From positions 57,891-121,890 of the forward strand of contig JBJEFE010000015.1 in NCBI GenBank assembly GCA_051873755.1: DNA of 64,000 bases, in the 5' to 3' direction. The position numbers and the translations under genes were made by a program. The notes under the pieces were generated by a model that was not told the DNA's origin, ran no database searches, and saw only the letters and a program-made list of their open reading frames with translations. The stretch comes from Bulleidia sp. (GTDB lineage Bacteria; Bacillota_I; Bacilli_A; Erysipelotrichales; Erysipelotrichaceae). Shown piece by piece: positions 1 to 11,086 of the stretch (positions are counted from its first letter, which is position 1; the number at the start of each line of letters is the position of its first letter).

Positions 1-137
1 AGGCCGTTGACCAGACCGTCCAATCCCTCATCATACGGTGTCGGAAATTCGCCCTTTTCCAAAATGACAGCCTCATCGCTCATCAGACTGTACTTGACAT
101 TGGTTCCGCCAACATCAACCGCTAAATAATTTGCCAT
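1..137 (-). CDS. ROK-family sugar kinase/regulator, N-terminal fragment (continues past window start)
   Basis: My own reverse-complement translation from the ATG at 135-137 gives MANYLAVDVGGTNVKYSLMSDEAVILEKGEFPTPYDEGLDGLVNG. It carries the DxGGT phosphate-binding motif of ROK/ASKHA kinases. The ORF is truncated, so it is absent from the ORF track. Confidence 0.65.
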   Translation of the reverse strand, partial: MANYLAVDVGGTNVKYSLMSDEAVILEKGEFPTPYDEGLDGLVNG

Positions 138-185
138 AATTGTGAAATACCTCTCTTTGATTGATTGTATTCATTATAACCGATC

Positions 186-216
186 AAAAAGGAAACAGAA
201 AAAATTCCTGTTTCCT
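186..216 (-). terminator. Rho-independent terminator after xpt
   Basis: Stem AGGAAACAG (190-198) pairs with CTGTTTCCT (208-216). The A-run at 186-190 gives a U-tract on the minus-strand transcript. Confidence 0.55.
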
Positions 217-232
217 GTTCTGGAAAGGGCTT

Positions 233-826
233 TCAGATCAGATCCTCCTCTTTCTGAACCCGGAAGGAAATGGCAGAGTCACTCATTGTACGTATACATG
301 CCAGGCTTTCCACACGGTACCCCTTTTCGCGGATACGGCGTCCGCCTTCCTGGAATTCCTTTTCGATGACAATACCGATTCCCGCCACATGGGCACCTGC
401 CTGATGACAGAGATCAATCATGCCTTCCACCGCTTTTCCGTTGGCCATGAAGTCATCGACGATCAGAACACTGTCTCCTTCCTGCAGGTATTCCTTCGAT
501 ATGGAAACGTTGTACAGGTGCTGTTTTGTATAGGAAAAGATATCCGTGGCATAACGCTCCTGTGACGGGTTGATTCCCGCCTCTTTTCTGGCAAAGACAC
601 ACGGTACGGAAAACTGCAGTGCCGTAAACAGTGCCGGGGCAATCCCGCCTGTTTCAATGGTCAGGACCCTGGTTACCGGTTCCTTTTGAAAACGTTCATG
701 GAATTCTTTTCCGATATCCGCCATCAGATCAGGATCAATCTGATGATTCAGGAAGGAATCCACCTTCAGAATATCGCCGGGTAATACAGATCCCTTTCGT
801 GTAATCATCTGTTCCAGTTTTTTCAT
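233..826 (-). CDS. xpt: xanthine phosphoribosyltransferase
   Basis: 197 aa. N-terminus MKKLEQMI..GSVLPGDILKVDSFLNHQIDP and PRPP-binding loop VLIVDDFMANGKA are typical of Xpt. Confidence 0.9.
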   Translation of the reverse strand: MKKLEQMITRKGSVLPGDILKVDSFLNHQIDPDLMADIGKEFHERFQKEPVTRVLTIETGGIAPALFTALQFSVPCVFARKEAGINPSQERYATDIFSYTKQHLYNVSISKEYLQEGDSVLIVDDFMANGKAVEGMIDLCHQAGAHVAGIGIVIEKEFQEGGRRIREKGYRVESLACIRTMSDSAISFRVQKEEDLI

Positions 827-865
827 ACGTCACCTCTTACATGTATGACTATTATACCACCACTG

Positions 866-891
866 AAAAAAGAATACCGTATCACCGGTAT
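866..891 (-). terminator. Terminator after the AEC transporter gene
   Basis: ATACCG (874-879) pairs with CGGTAT (886-891). The A-run at 866-871 gives a U-tract on the minus strand. It lies immediately after the stop at 893. Confidence 0.45.
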
Positions 892-892
892 C

Positions 893-3306
<2,414 letters not shown>

Positions 3307-3316
3307 TCAGATATTT

Positions 3317-4219
3317 ATGAAATACGAGGATGTCATGACATTTGTGCAGGCGTATGACAGCGGCAGTATCGCCGCAGCTTCACGCCGGCTGTATATCTCA
3401 CAGGGCACCGCCAGTACAAGAGTTGCGTCTCTTGAACAGGAACTCGGTTTTCCTCTGCTCTACCGGAAACCGGGTATCCGCAGGACCGTTCTGACACCGC
3501 AGGGTGAGGAATTCCTGCCGATCGCAAGACGCTGGCTGAACCTTGTCAACGATGCCCGTCAGATTGCCTCGCACTCCCATACAACGGTATTAAAGGTTGC
3601 CGCAACGGACATGATCAATACCGACACCCTTCTGCCGTTGTATGAAACGATCATGCATGATGTACCGGATATCCGTCTTTCCGTACGGACCCACCATTCC
3701 AGTGAAATCCACAGACTTCTGGATCATCAGGACATTGATCTGGGATTATGCATCAATCTGTATCCATACAGAGATATCATCACCACACCGTTATACCGTG
3801 AACAGCTTGTCCTGGTCACACACCAGCTTCATCCCTATGTCCTGTCCCATGACATCCACGATCTGGAAACCACACCGGAAATCCACCAGACCTATTCCAA
3901 CGAAACGGAAAACTGGTACCACCGTACATTCCCGGATGCACAGCCTGTGATGATGACCGGTACCGTTTCCATGACAACACGTCTTCTCAATACGGTTGAG
4001 CGCTGGAGTATCATGCCCGAAAGTGCTGCCGCAGGCTTTCTTGCGTCCCATCCGGATCATATGATTCACCACTTTACGGATCATCCCGCACCATACCGGA
4101 CCACATGCCTTCTGGCTTGCCGGAATCCAAAGCCGGGAAGTGAAAACGCAATTGCCGTATTCACATCCATGTTAAAGGATTACCTGCGGAAAAAGGACGG
4201 AATTGAAATGATCCTGTGA
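3317..4219 (+). CDS. LysR-family transcriptional regulator
   Basis: The ORF opens at 3212, but the ATG at 3317 gives MKYEDVMTFVQAYDSGSIAAASRRLYISQGTASTRVASLEQELG. This aligns residue-for-residue with the canonical LysR HTH N-terminus. The gene is divergent from the GH1 gene. Confidence 0.85.
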   Translation: MKYEDVMTFVQAYDSGSIAAASRRLYISQGTASTRVASLEQELGFPLLYRKPGIRRTVLTPQGEEFLPIARRWLNLVNDARQIASHSHTTVLKVAATDMINTDTLLPLYETIMHDVPDIRLSVRTHHSSEIHRLLDHQDIDLGLCINLYPYRDIITTPLYREQLVLVTHQLHPYVLSHDIHDLETTPEIHQTYSNETENWYHRTFPDAQPVMMTGTVSMTTRLLNTVERWSIMPESAAAGFLASHPDHMIHHFTDHPAPYRTTCLLACRNPKPGSENAIAVFTSMLKDYLRKKDGIEMIL

Positions 4220-4223
4220 CCAG

Positions 4224-4248
4224 AAAAAAAACAGCATGTGCTGTTTTT
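4224..4248. terminator. Bidirectional terminator between the LysR and FMN-binding genes
   Basis: AAAAAAAACAGCA-TG-TGCTGTTTTT is a palindromic stem flanked by an A-run and a T-run. It sits between convergent genes. Confidence 0.6.
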
Positions 4249-4260
4249 ATATTTCCAGAA

Positions 4261-4644
4261 TTATTTCAGATCTTCAACAGAGATGCCTGCCGCAGTCAGA
4301 GCTGCCTTGCCTGCTTCAAGAGCTGCCGTGGAGGAAACCGTTGCGCCGGAAACCGTATCAACTTCAATCGTTGCGTTTTCCTTCATTGCCTTGGCAATCT
4401 TTTCAACAGCCTTGTCTCCAAGACCCTTTGTTTCGCCGCTGCCGTCCGCAACAACATCAACGATATGATTCTCTTCAAGCGTCAGAGTAACCTTGACTTC
4501 ACTCTCCATACCCTGTGCTGTACCTGTGAACTCACCGGAAGCGACCGGTGCGGAACGCCAGTAAGGATAGGTGCCTGCGACAACCGCAACAGCCAGAAGT
4601 CCGACTGTTGCCAGAATACCTGTCATCTTATTGTTTTTTGCCAT
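4261..4644 (-). CDS. membrane-anchored FMN-binding domain protein
   Basis: MAKNNKMTGILATVGLLAVAVVAG is an N-terminal anchor. It is followed by an FMN_bind-like domain ending in ..VDTVSGATVSSTA (the flavinylation-type S/T motif). The track ORF begins at a TTG at 4686; I prefer the ATG at 4644. Confidence 0.7.
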   Translation of the reverse strand: MAKNNKMTGILATVGLLAVAVVAGTYPYWRSAPVASGEFTGTAQGMESEVKVTLTLEENHIVDVVADGSGETKGLGDKAVEKIAKAMKENATIEVDTVSGATVSSTAALEAGKAALTAAGISVEDLK

Positions 4645-4663
4645 GTCTTTTTTCACGTCCTTT

Positions 4664-5944
4664 TCAATTCTTTGCACATCCGGCAATGGTCAGATGTTTC
4701 ATGCATGTGACCGCAGGAATGCTTTTATTATTATACTGTTTTAAAGTGTCAGAAAACAACATGTCTTTGAGCTGATTTCTGATATTCCCGGAAATGGAAC
4801 CACCCTTGACAACCGTTATTCCGTTGTCGTCATGGAGGTATCCAAGTCGGATTTCACCGAAAATATCCCCTGTCATCGGGCTGACCTGGAAACCGGAAAA
4901 CTCGACAACCTCAAGATAACTTCCTTTCAGGATGTCATCCTCACATACATCTGATGGTTCGACTTCATAGTTGGATACGATGAAACTGTCTTTCTTTCCA
5001 AGATACCAGGCAAAGCGGCGGCTGCCGGTAATGGAAGCAGTCATGTTGTGATCGATCAGCACACGGTCTTCAATCAGACCTCCTTCCTGATCCATCACAT
5101 GATTGGCAGAGGAATTCGGCAGGTTACGCACGGCACGGATAGTCAATGGGTATTCCTGTCTGTCCTCAATCAGTGCCTCTCCCTCCTTTGCCTGTGACAT
5201 GCCGCGGTAGATATATGCCCCGTCAATGCGGGCAAGGAAATAATCGTAGATCGCACAGGCCGCATCGGTTGTAAAGACAACCGGAACATTCAGGTTGACC
5301 GGTGTATCCACCGCGGACAGACGGTCGTGACCATAGCGCATTGTATTTTCAATTTCCTGTTTCAGGTATGCACTGTTACAGCTGCCGCCGCGGTACATGC
5401 GGTACAGTTCAATCTCATGTTCCGCATCGCGGGCATTGACCACAACCTCAACCATGCTTGAAGGAACGGTTTCCGTGATGTCGATGCCGTTGCTGTTGAG
5501 GAAGCGGGTTGTACTGACATCGGTAAAGATTTCATAGGAATTGATGAATTCCGTTTCCGTCTCATGCACGCTCTTCATTGTCTCAATAAACTGGGCGGCA
5601 TTGTCCCTTGGATTGATGTTTACAGCTTCCGTTCTGACTTCCTTTGGTTCATGAAGTTCAAAGACCCTGTTTTCACCATACTGTGCCGTATCGCAAAGCT
5701 GATCAATAAACGCCGCTTTCTGATCCACACTCCATGTCGGATGCAGTTCACCGGAAGCGATGCCGTATGAGGCTCCGTCGTTCATACTGACATATACGGT
5801 AACCTGCACATGTTCCACATGACGCAGACGGTTCTGATCCAGTTCATGACGGATGAAATAGAACTCCCATCCTTCTGTTTTCGTATCGGTCAATTCCCAG
5901 GCATCCGCCCGGCTTGCCTTCAGTAATTCCACAATCTGATTCAT
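4664..5944 (-). CDS. TldE/PmbA-family metallopeptidase subunit
   Basis: 426 aa. Length and sequence pattern fit the TldD/PmbA (peptidase U62) fold, but it lacks the HExxxH motif. It overlaps the upstream TldD stop by 4 nt. Confidence 0.75.
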   Translation of the reverse strand: MNQIVELLKASRADAWELTDTKTEGWEFYFIRHELDQNRLRHVEHVQVTVYVSMNDGASYGIASGELHPTWSVDQKAAFIDQLCDTAQYGENRVFELHEPKEVRTEAVNINPRDNAAQFIETMKSVHETETEFINSYEIFTDVSTTRFLNSNGIDITETVPSSMVEVVVNARDAEHEIELYRMYRGGSCNSAYLKQEIENTMRYGHDRLSAVDTPVNLNVPVVFTTDAACAIYDYFLARIDGAYIYRGMSQAKEGEALIEDRQEYPLTIRAVRNLPNSSANHVMDQEGGLIEDRVLIDHNMTASITGSRRFAWYLGKKDSFIVSNYEVEPSDVCEDDILKGSYLEVVEFSGFQVSPMTGDIFGEIRLGYLHDDNGITVVKGGSISGNIRNQLKDMLFSDTLKQYNNKSIPAVTCMKHLTIAGCAKN

Positions 5945-7374
5945 GCCAGAATTCCTTTCGTTTTCAGGTATGGTCCGCCGTCAGCGGCCTTGACAATCTC
6001 CTTGTATCCCTTGCCGCAGAAACCGTTTCCGGATACCGCCTGCTTTTGGGAAGCCATTGTGATGTTGCCGAGAATATCCGGCACATAACCGGTCATGATA
6101 ATCGGGGCAACACATTTTCCGGTCAGTTTTCCGTCTCTGATTTCTCTGCCAAGAGAGATAATACACTGAATTCCCCAGTGTTTCGGATCCTCCATACCGG
6201 ATTCCATGCCTTCCAGCAGATAACCGTGATCAATGGAGGAAATCATTTCCTCAAGGGTATTGTCTCCGGCATCAAAGAGCGTATTTGTCATACGTGTATA
6301 TGCCTTGTGTTCAAAGTTCTGACGCTTGCCGTTGCCTGTCGGGGCAATGCCCAGACGCTTTGCGGCAAGGGCATCCGCGATGCCTGTCCTCAGGATTCCG
6401 TGATCGATCTCAATTGTATCACCGGCCGGTGTTCCCTCATCATCAAACGCATAGGAACAGACACTTTCCGCAGCCAGTGCACCTTCATGCATGGTCACAA
6501 GATCACTGCCGACACGCTGGTTGATGTATTCCGCACCAAGTGCCCTGTGCTTGACAAACATATCCATTTCAACCCCATGTCCAAAAGCCTCATGGGCAAT
6601 CAGTCCGGATACTTCAGGACTTGTGATAATGTCATATTCACCCGGTTCAATCCTGTCGGCGTTCAGGACATCCAGTGCGATCTGCAGCGCGGTATCTTTG
6701 ACATCCTGCAGTTGTGCAATGATCTCAGGTCCAGCCTTGGCGGAAATCCCTTTGTATCCATGGGCGGTTTTTCCGTCTTTGCTTAAAATCGGGGCAATAT
6801 TGGCTTCCGTGTATACATATGACTGACGCATGTCTTTTTCACATGTCAGGAACATCTTGGAAACATGTGTGGACTGGGCAGAGGAGTGCACTTCCACAGC
6901 CTGTGGACACTGCTGTGCAATCGATGTGCACAGTTGTGACATGCTTTCCACGATCTGATGCATATCACAGTCTTCCGGAAGTGTTTCACACTCCGCTTCA
7001 TAGCGTACACATGCCGGTGTATCCTCTAGAACATCCGTATCATATGGTCTGACATCACATTCATCCATCATGCTTTCCTGCATGTCAAAGGCGGTACGGA
7101 TCTCCTGTGCTTTTTCACTCCATTCTGACGGATCAAAATCGTTGAATGCATATTCGCTGTAGTGCCTGTTGCGGGCAACTCTGACAACGATGCCTCTTTC
7201 ACAGGAAATGGTATCTCTGGATACTTTCCGCATATGCAGTGAGGTGACGACCGTGAATCCGCAGGAATCCGTCGCAAGTACACTGACATACTCAAATACA
7301 TCCGACAGATCCGCAATCATCAGTTTCAGCCCGTCCGCAATGGAATCCAGATATGGGGAAAACGGTACTTTCAT
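5941..7374 (-). CDS. tldD: TldD-family metallopeptidase
   Basis: 477 aa. It contains the HEAFGH (HExxxH) motif, with GNG/GxC signatures near the C-terminus typical of TldD. Confidence 0.85.
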   Translation of the reverse strand: MKVPFSPYLDSIADGLKLMIADLSDVFEYVSVLATDSCGFTVVTSLHMRKVSRDTISCERGIVVRVARNRHYSEYAFNDFDPSEWSEKAQEIRTAFDMQESMMDECDVRPYDTDVLEDTPACVRYEAECETLPEDCDMHQIVESMSQLCTSIAQQCPQAVEVHSSAQSTHVSKMFLTCEKDMRQSYVYTEANIAPILSKDGKTAHGYKGISAKAGPEIIAQLQDVKDTALQIALDVLNADRIEPGEYDIITSPEVSGLIAHEAFGHGVEMDMFVKHRALGAEYINQRVGSDLVTMHEGALAAESVCSYAFDDEGTPAGDTIEIDHGILRTGIADALAAKRLGIAPTGNGKRQNFEHKAYTRMTNTLFDAGDNTLEEMISSIDHGYLLEGMESGMEDPKHWGIQCIISLGREIRDGKLTGKCVAPIIMTGYVPDILGNITMASQKQAVSGNGFCGKGYKEIVKAADGGPYLKTKGILA

Positions 7375-7458
7375 TTTTTCTGACTCCTTATTCTGATAGA
7401 CATAATTCTAACACTGTTCTTACATTTTTCGTATGTTCTTCCATCATGTGCACTGTAG

Positions 7459-7467
7459 TGGTAAAAT
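7459..7467 (+). promoter_or_regulatory. Extended -10 element (TGgTAAAAT) upstream of the DegV gene
   Basis: TG at 7459-7460 and TAAAAT at 7462-7467, 26 nt upstream of the ATG. The AAGGAGG RBS is at 7481-7487. The -35 is poor. Confidence 0.35.
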
Positions 7468-7492
7468 GTCTGCGTCAAAAAAGGAGGAAAAG

Positions 7493-8374
7493 ATGAGAAA
7501 ATTCACACTTGCGACAGCATCCACGATTGATGCACATAAATCATGGCTCGATGAACACAACATTCCTTTTATCTCCTATACATTCGAGCTGAATGATACG
7601 GTTTATATTGATGACGGACTGGAAGAGACAAAAAGACTTCTGTATTCTGAAATGCGGAAAGGAAATCAGCCGCGTACAAGTCAGATTACGGTATACTCCT
7701 ATTATGAATTCTTCCGTTCACTGATTGAAAAAGACAAAAACGTACTGTTCATGGATATGGACCGTGCCCTGAGTTCATCCTATTTCAACTCTCTGAAAGC
7801 GGCAGAACAGATCAAAGAAGACTATCCGGATTCCAATCTTGTCATCGCAGATACACGTTGTGTTACTGCAGGTCTGGCACTGCTGGTGGCACATGCCATG
7901 AAACTTGCGGATGAGGGAAAGTCCATGGAGGAAGTACATAAGTGGATTGATGACAACAGACTCAGAGTCACACACAGATTCCTCGTTGATGATCTTGAGT
8001 GGCTGCGCAGAGGCGGCAGACTGTCCAACGCATCGGCCTTCTTCGGTTCCCTGTTATCCATCAAACCTCTGATCTACGTTGACAATGAAGGAAAACTGGT
8101 TGCCTTCAGTAAGATCCGCGGTAAGAAAAAGGCCATCCGCGCCCTGCTTGAAAGCTCTTTGAAAGACATGGGAGATCCGGCGGAAACAGATCTGATTCTG
8201 GCACACGCCGATGTACCGGAAGACATCAAAGCATTTGAGGAGATGGTCAGAGAAATGTATCCGACAATCCGTTCCATTTCCATCATGGAGCTTGGACCGG
8301 TCATTGGCTGTCATGTCGGACCTGGTCTGATGGCTATGATCTACCTCAGCAAAGAAAACTCACGAATTGCGTAA
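7493..8374 (+). CDS. DegV-family fatty-acid-binding protein
   Basis: MRKFTLATAST.. follows an AAGGAGG RBS. Length (~293 aa) and the GPG..HxGPG-like C-terminus (CHVGPGLMAM) are typical of DegV. Confidence 0.85.
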   Translation: MRKFTLATASTIDAHKSWLDEHNIPFISYTFELNDTVYIDDGLEETKRLLYSEMRKGNQPRTSQITVYSYYEFFRSLIEKDKNVLFMDMDRALSSSYFNSLKAAEQIKEDYPDSNLVIADTRCVTAGLALLVAHAMKLADEGKSMEEVHKWIDDNRLRVTHRFLVDDLEWLRRGGRLSNASAFFGSLLSIKPLIYVDNEGKLVAFSKIRGKKKAIRALLESSLKDMGDPAETDLILAHADVPEDIKAFEEMVREMYPTIRSISIMELGPVIGCHVGPGLMAMIYLSKENSRIA

Positions 8375-8379
8375 TTCAG

Positions 8380-8401
8380 GCTGCCTCAGGGCAGCTTTTT
8401 T
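8380..8401 (+). terminator. Terminator after the DegV gene
   Basis: GCTGCC-TCA-GGCAGC followed by TTTTTTT. Confidence 0.7.
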
Positions 8402-8413
8402 CACGTATAAAAA

Positions 8414-8443
8414 GAATCCTGCAGGTTTCGACCTGCAGGATTC
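8414..8443 (-). terminator. Terminator for minus-strand gene 8548-8949
   Basis: Perfect 13-bp stem GAATCCTGCAGGT/ACCTGCAGGATTC with a TTCG loop. It is preceded on the plus strand by an A-run, which gives a U-tract on the minus strand. Confidence 0.6.
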
Positions 8444-8547
8444 CTTCAAGTGTTCAATCCCTCATGATACATTTTCTGACATTCACTGCCACCTGTTTTT
8501 CATGGCAGGTACAGACGCAGACTTTCAAATGAACTGTACTTCAGTGA

Positions 8548-8949
8548 TCACATCCCTGCAAACCCTGTTTTCAGCCTGTTCAGCTGTTCGCCTGTTCCCT
8601 TGTCCATGACTTCCCTGTATGTGCGGATATCATAGTCGATAAAACGGAACAGCAGATCCTGTTTCTGCTTTGTCTGCGGTTCAATCCCGCAGTAGAATGC
8701 ATCATGCCTGCCCTGATTTTTGAAGACAACCGCATACAGTCCATCCCTGATGTTCTCTCTGAGCTCTGTGATCTTTCCGTTGTCTGTTTCAAACGTGATC
8801 AGGTGCGGACTCATCTCCGCAATGTCTTCCGGATGGATTCTGATCATTCTGTGGAACAGAATGTCACTGGCGACGTCCGCAATGAACTGTCGATGATGCA
8901 GTGTTTTTCTTTCAGGCAGATCCTTACTGTTTCCTGGAATCTGATCCAT
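8548..8949 (-). CDS. hypothetical protein (133 aa)
   Basis: The ORF opens at 9066, but the ATG at 8949 (MDQIPGNSKD..) is preceded by GGAGGTTAAG. I recognise no family. Coding-like composition. Confidence 0.5.
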   Translation of the reverse strand: MDQIPGNSKDLPERKTLHHRQFIADVASDILFHRMIRIHPEDIAEMSPHLITFETDNGKITELRENIRDGLYAVVFKNQGRHDAFYCGIEPQTKQKQDLLFRFIDYDIRTYREVMDKGTGEQLNRLKTGFAGM

Positions 8950-9116
8950 GTGCTTAACCTCCTTACACTGTACAGATTGACCGGAAAACCACAGGACGGA
9001 GAAGGCCGGCGCCAGGACCTTCTTTCCCCGTTTTTTCGAGTCACTCAGGTGTGACTGGTCGATCACCCTGCAGTATTGTTATTACCCACAAAACGGAATT
9101 CTCCCAGAAAATGTTC

Positions 9117-9153
9117 AAAAAAACAAAAAATCCATTGCCGGATGACAATGGAT
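9117..9153 (-). terminator. Terminator after gene 9166-9492
   Basis: ATCCATTG (9130-9137) pairs with CAATGGAT (9146-9153). The A-rich run at 9117-9130 gives a U-tract on the minus strand. Confidence 0.6.
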
Positions 9154-9165
9154 GATTCTGATGTT

Positions 9166-9492
9166 TCAGAGTATTTCCTCAAGTTTTTCAAGGAATGCCT
9201 CTTCACCGAATGTGTTGATTTTCCAGAAAACCGCCTGGGAACCGCCGGATGTGATGGCACTGAGATAAACAGGACCGCTGCCTTTCTGTATCAGTGTCAC
9301 ATTCATACTGACCCGGTTGCCTCCCATGTAGCTGTAACGTTCAAACACTCTTACGGAACAGCACACATCCTCGACTTTCCAGTCTGTGCCGTCTTCCAGT
9401 GATGCGGACATACTTCCTTCCAGAATCCCTGATTCAATACGATTGACAAGGGATCCCAGGTCTTCATAAACTGTCTTTTCAATCTTTGCCAT
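9166..9492 (-). CDS. small uncharacterised protein resembling the DUF6054 family
   Basis: 108 aa from MAKIEKTVYEDLGSL... The motifs SASLEDG, VRVFERYSYMGGNRVS, SAITSGGSQA and FWKINTFGEE match my memory of DUF6054 proteins. Confidence 0.55.
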   Translation of the reverse strand: MAKIEKTVYEDLGSLVNRIESGILEGSMSASLEDGTDWKVEDVCCSVRVFERYSYMGGNRVSMNVTLIQKGSGPVYLSAITSGGSQAVFWKINTFGEEAFLEKLEEIL

Positions 9493-9578
9493 AACTTTTC
9501 TTTTCCTTTGACAATATTTTCGCATGCGGACCGGCTTCCGTCATCATCACAATCCGAAAAACAGAAAGCTGTATTCCC

Positions 9579-11084
9579 TCATCTGTGGAATAATACGAAA
9601 TCATCCTCAACAGTACGGTCAGCACTCCAGATCTTCAGATTGATGTCTCTGCCTGACATGCGGATCATATGTTCCGGTGCCGTCGGGAAGACACGGGAGG
9701 ACATGACGATCTCGTCGTTGACAAACAGTTCCACTGTACTGTGGTCCACAAAGATTTCCATCTTTGTCATCGGTTCATCAAGAACCGCGGTACGGCGGGA
9801 TCCGTATTCCGGATTGACAACATGTACCATATCCGAACGATCGCAGGCAACCTCACGTGTTTCACTGTTGTAGGTAATCTCAAAGCCGCGGCCTGTCTTA
9901 TGTGCAAACAGGTTGAGGCAGATATCCGAATCAGATGGATTCTCAAGCAGAATCACACAGGCTTCCGGTGTTCTGCCAAACAGTCTGTTGGTTGTAATGG
10001 ATCCGTTTTCCGCCTCAAACAGAATATCTTTTTTCAGAGAATTCATAACCGGAAGCGGACGCTGTTTCAGTCTGCCGTTTTCATAGGACAACGCTCTTGG
10101 AATCGTCTGTAAATTTGCCCAGCCTTCCTCATCCGTCGGCGGATAGCAGCAGTCCGAACATCCAAACCAGCCTTCCAGTATGGCCTTACCGCGGTATTCC
10201 TTCTGCCATGCACACTGCGGGGCATAGAAGTCCATACCGTAATCCAGAAGTTTCATTTCACCCTTTGGCCGGAATGTCAGATTTTCAATATCAAGATCAC
10301 CGATGAAATAGACGGACTGATAGGAATTACTTGTCAGATCTCCTTTTTCATGCAGGCCCTGCGGAGAGAAGATCAGCAGCCAGTTGCGGCCGAGTTTCTG
10401 AATGTCAGGGCATTCACACATATAACCGAAAGACGGATATCCCTCCACATTCAGTTCGCCCAGCAGTTTCCAGCCATCACGGATTCTGCGGGACTCAAAC
10501 AGAAGCAGTTTTCCTTCCTTCTTTTCATTCTGGGCGCCCAGCAGGATATAGAATTTTCCCTTTTCATAGAAGATGTGCGGATCCCTCTGGTGTCCGGTAT
10601 ATCCCTGCTGGGGAGGAATGATCGGTTCCGATGACTTTCCGATCCGTCCGTCCTTTCCCATCGCCGCCAGCATCTGGCTTTCCACCATTCTGCCATAGTC
10701 ATCTTTGGCATTTCCGGTATATACAAGATACAGTACATCATCTCTGACAATTGCCGAACCTGAGAAACAGCCGTCATTTTCCTGCGGCAGTGTCGGTTTG
10801 AGGGCAAGCCCCTCATTCTTCCAGTGAAGCAGATCCGGCGATGTCACATGGTACCAGTGCTTCATGCCGTGTACCGCCCCGAACGGGAACCACTGATAGA
10901 ACAGATGCCATTTTCCGTCAAAATAACTGAAACCGTTTGGATCATTCATCAGTCCGGTTACGGTCTGCACATGGTACTGTGCACGCCATTTTGATTTCGC
11001 AATCTGTTCATGCAGAAGAGAAAGACGTTTTTCATCTTTCTCACATAAGATCTGTTCTTTTTCCTCTCTTGTCCACTTTTCCAT
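9579..11084 (-). CDS. sucrose-6-phosphate hydrolase / beta-fructofuranosidase (GH32)
   Basis: 501 aa. It has the NDPNG motif (MNDPNGFSYFDGKWHLFYQWFP), RDP (QRDPHIF) and EC (MCECPD). Confidence 0.9.
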   Translation of the reverse strand: MEKWTREEKEQILCEKDEKRLSLLHEQIAKSKWRAQYHVQTVTGLMNDPNGFSYFDGKWHLFYQWFPFGAVHGMKHWYHVTSPDLLHWKNEGLALKPTLPQENDGCFSGSAIVRDDVLYLVYTGNAKDDYGRMVESQMLAAMGKDGRIGKSSEPIIPPQQGYTGHQRDPHIFYEKGKFYILLGAQNEKKEGKLLLFESRRIRDGWKLLGELNVEGYPSFGYMCECPDIQKLGRNWLLIFSPQGLHEKGDLTSNSYQSVYFIGDLDIENLTFRPKGEMKLLDYGMDFYAPQCAWQKEYRGKAILEGWFGCSDCCYPPTDEEGWANLQTIPRALSYENGRLKQRPLPVMNSLKKDILFEAENGSITTNRLFGRTPEACVILLENPSDSDICLNLFAHKTGRGFEITYNSETREVACDRSDMVHVVNPEYGSRRTAVLDEPMTKMEIFVDHSTVELFVNDEIVMSSRVFPTAPEHMIRMSGRDINLKIWSADRTVEDDFVLFHR

Positions 11085-11086
11085 TT

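Noticed and set aside
827-892. Possible purine riboswitch upstream of xpt
   Set aside because: Only 66 nt separate xpt from the upstream stop codon. Most of that is occupied by the upstream gene's terminator, which leaves too little room for a guanine/xanthine aptamer plus expression platform.
4645-4686. TTG-initiated extension of the FMN-binding protein ORF
   Set aside because: It overlaps the PmbA-like C-terminus. The ATG at 4644 gives a typical short basic N-region followed by a TM anchor.
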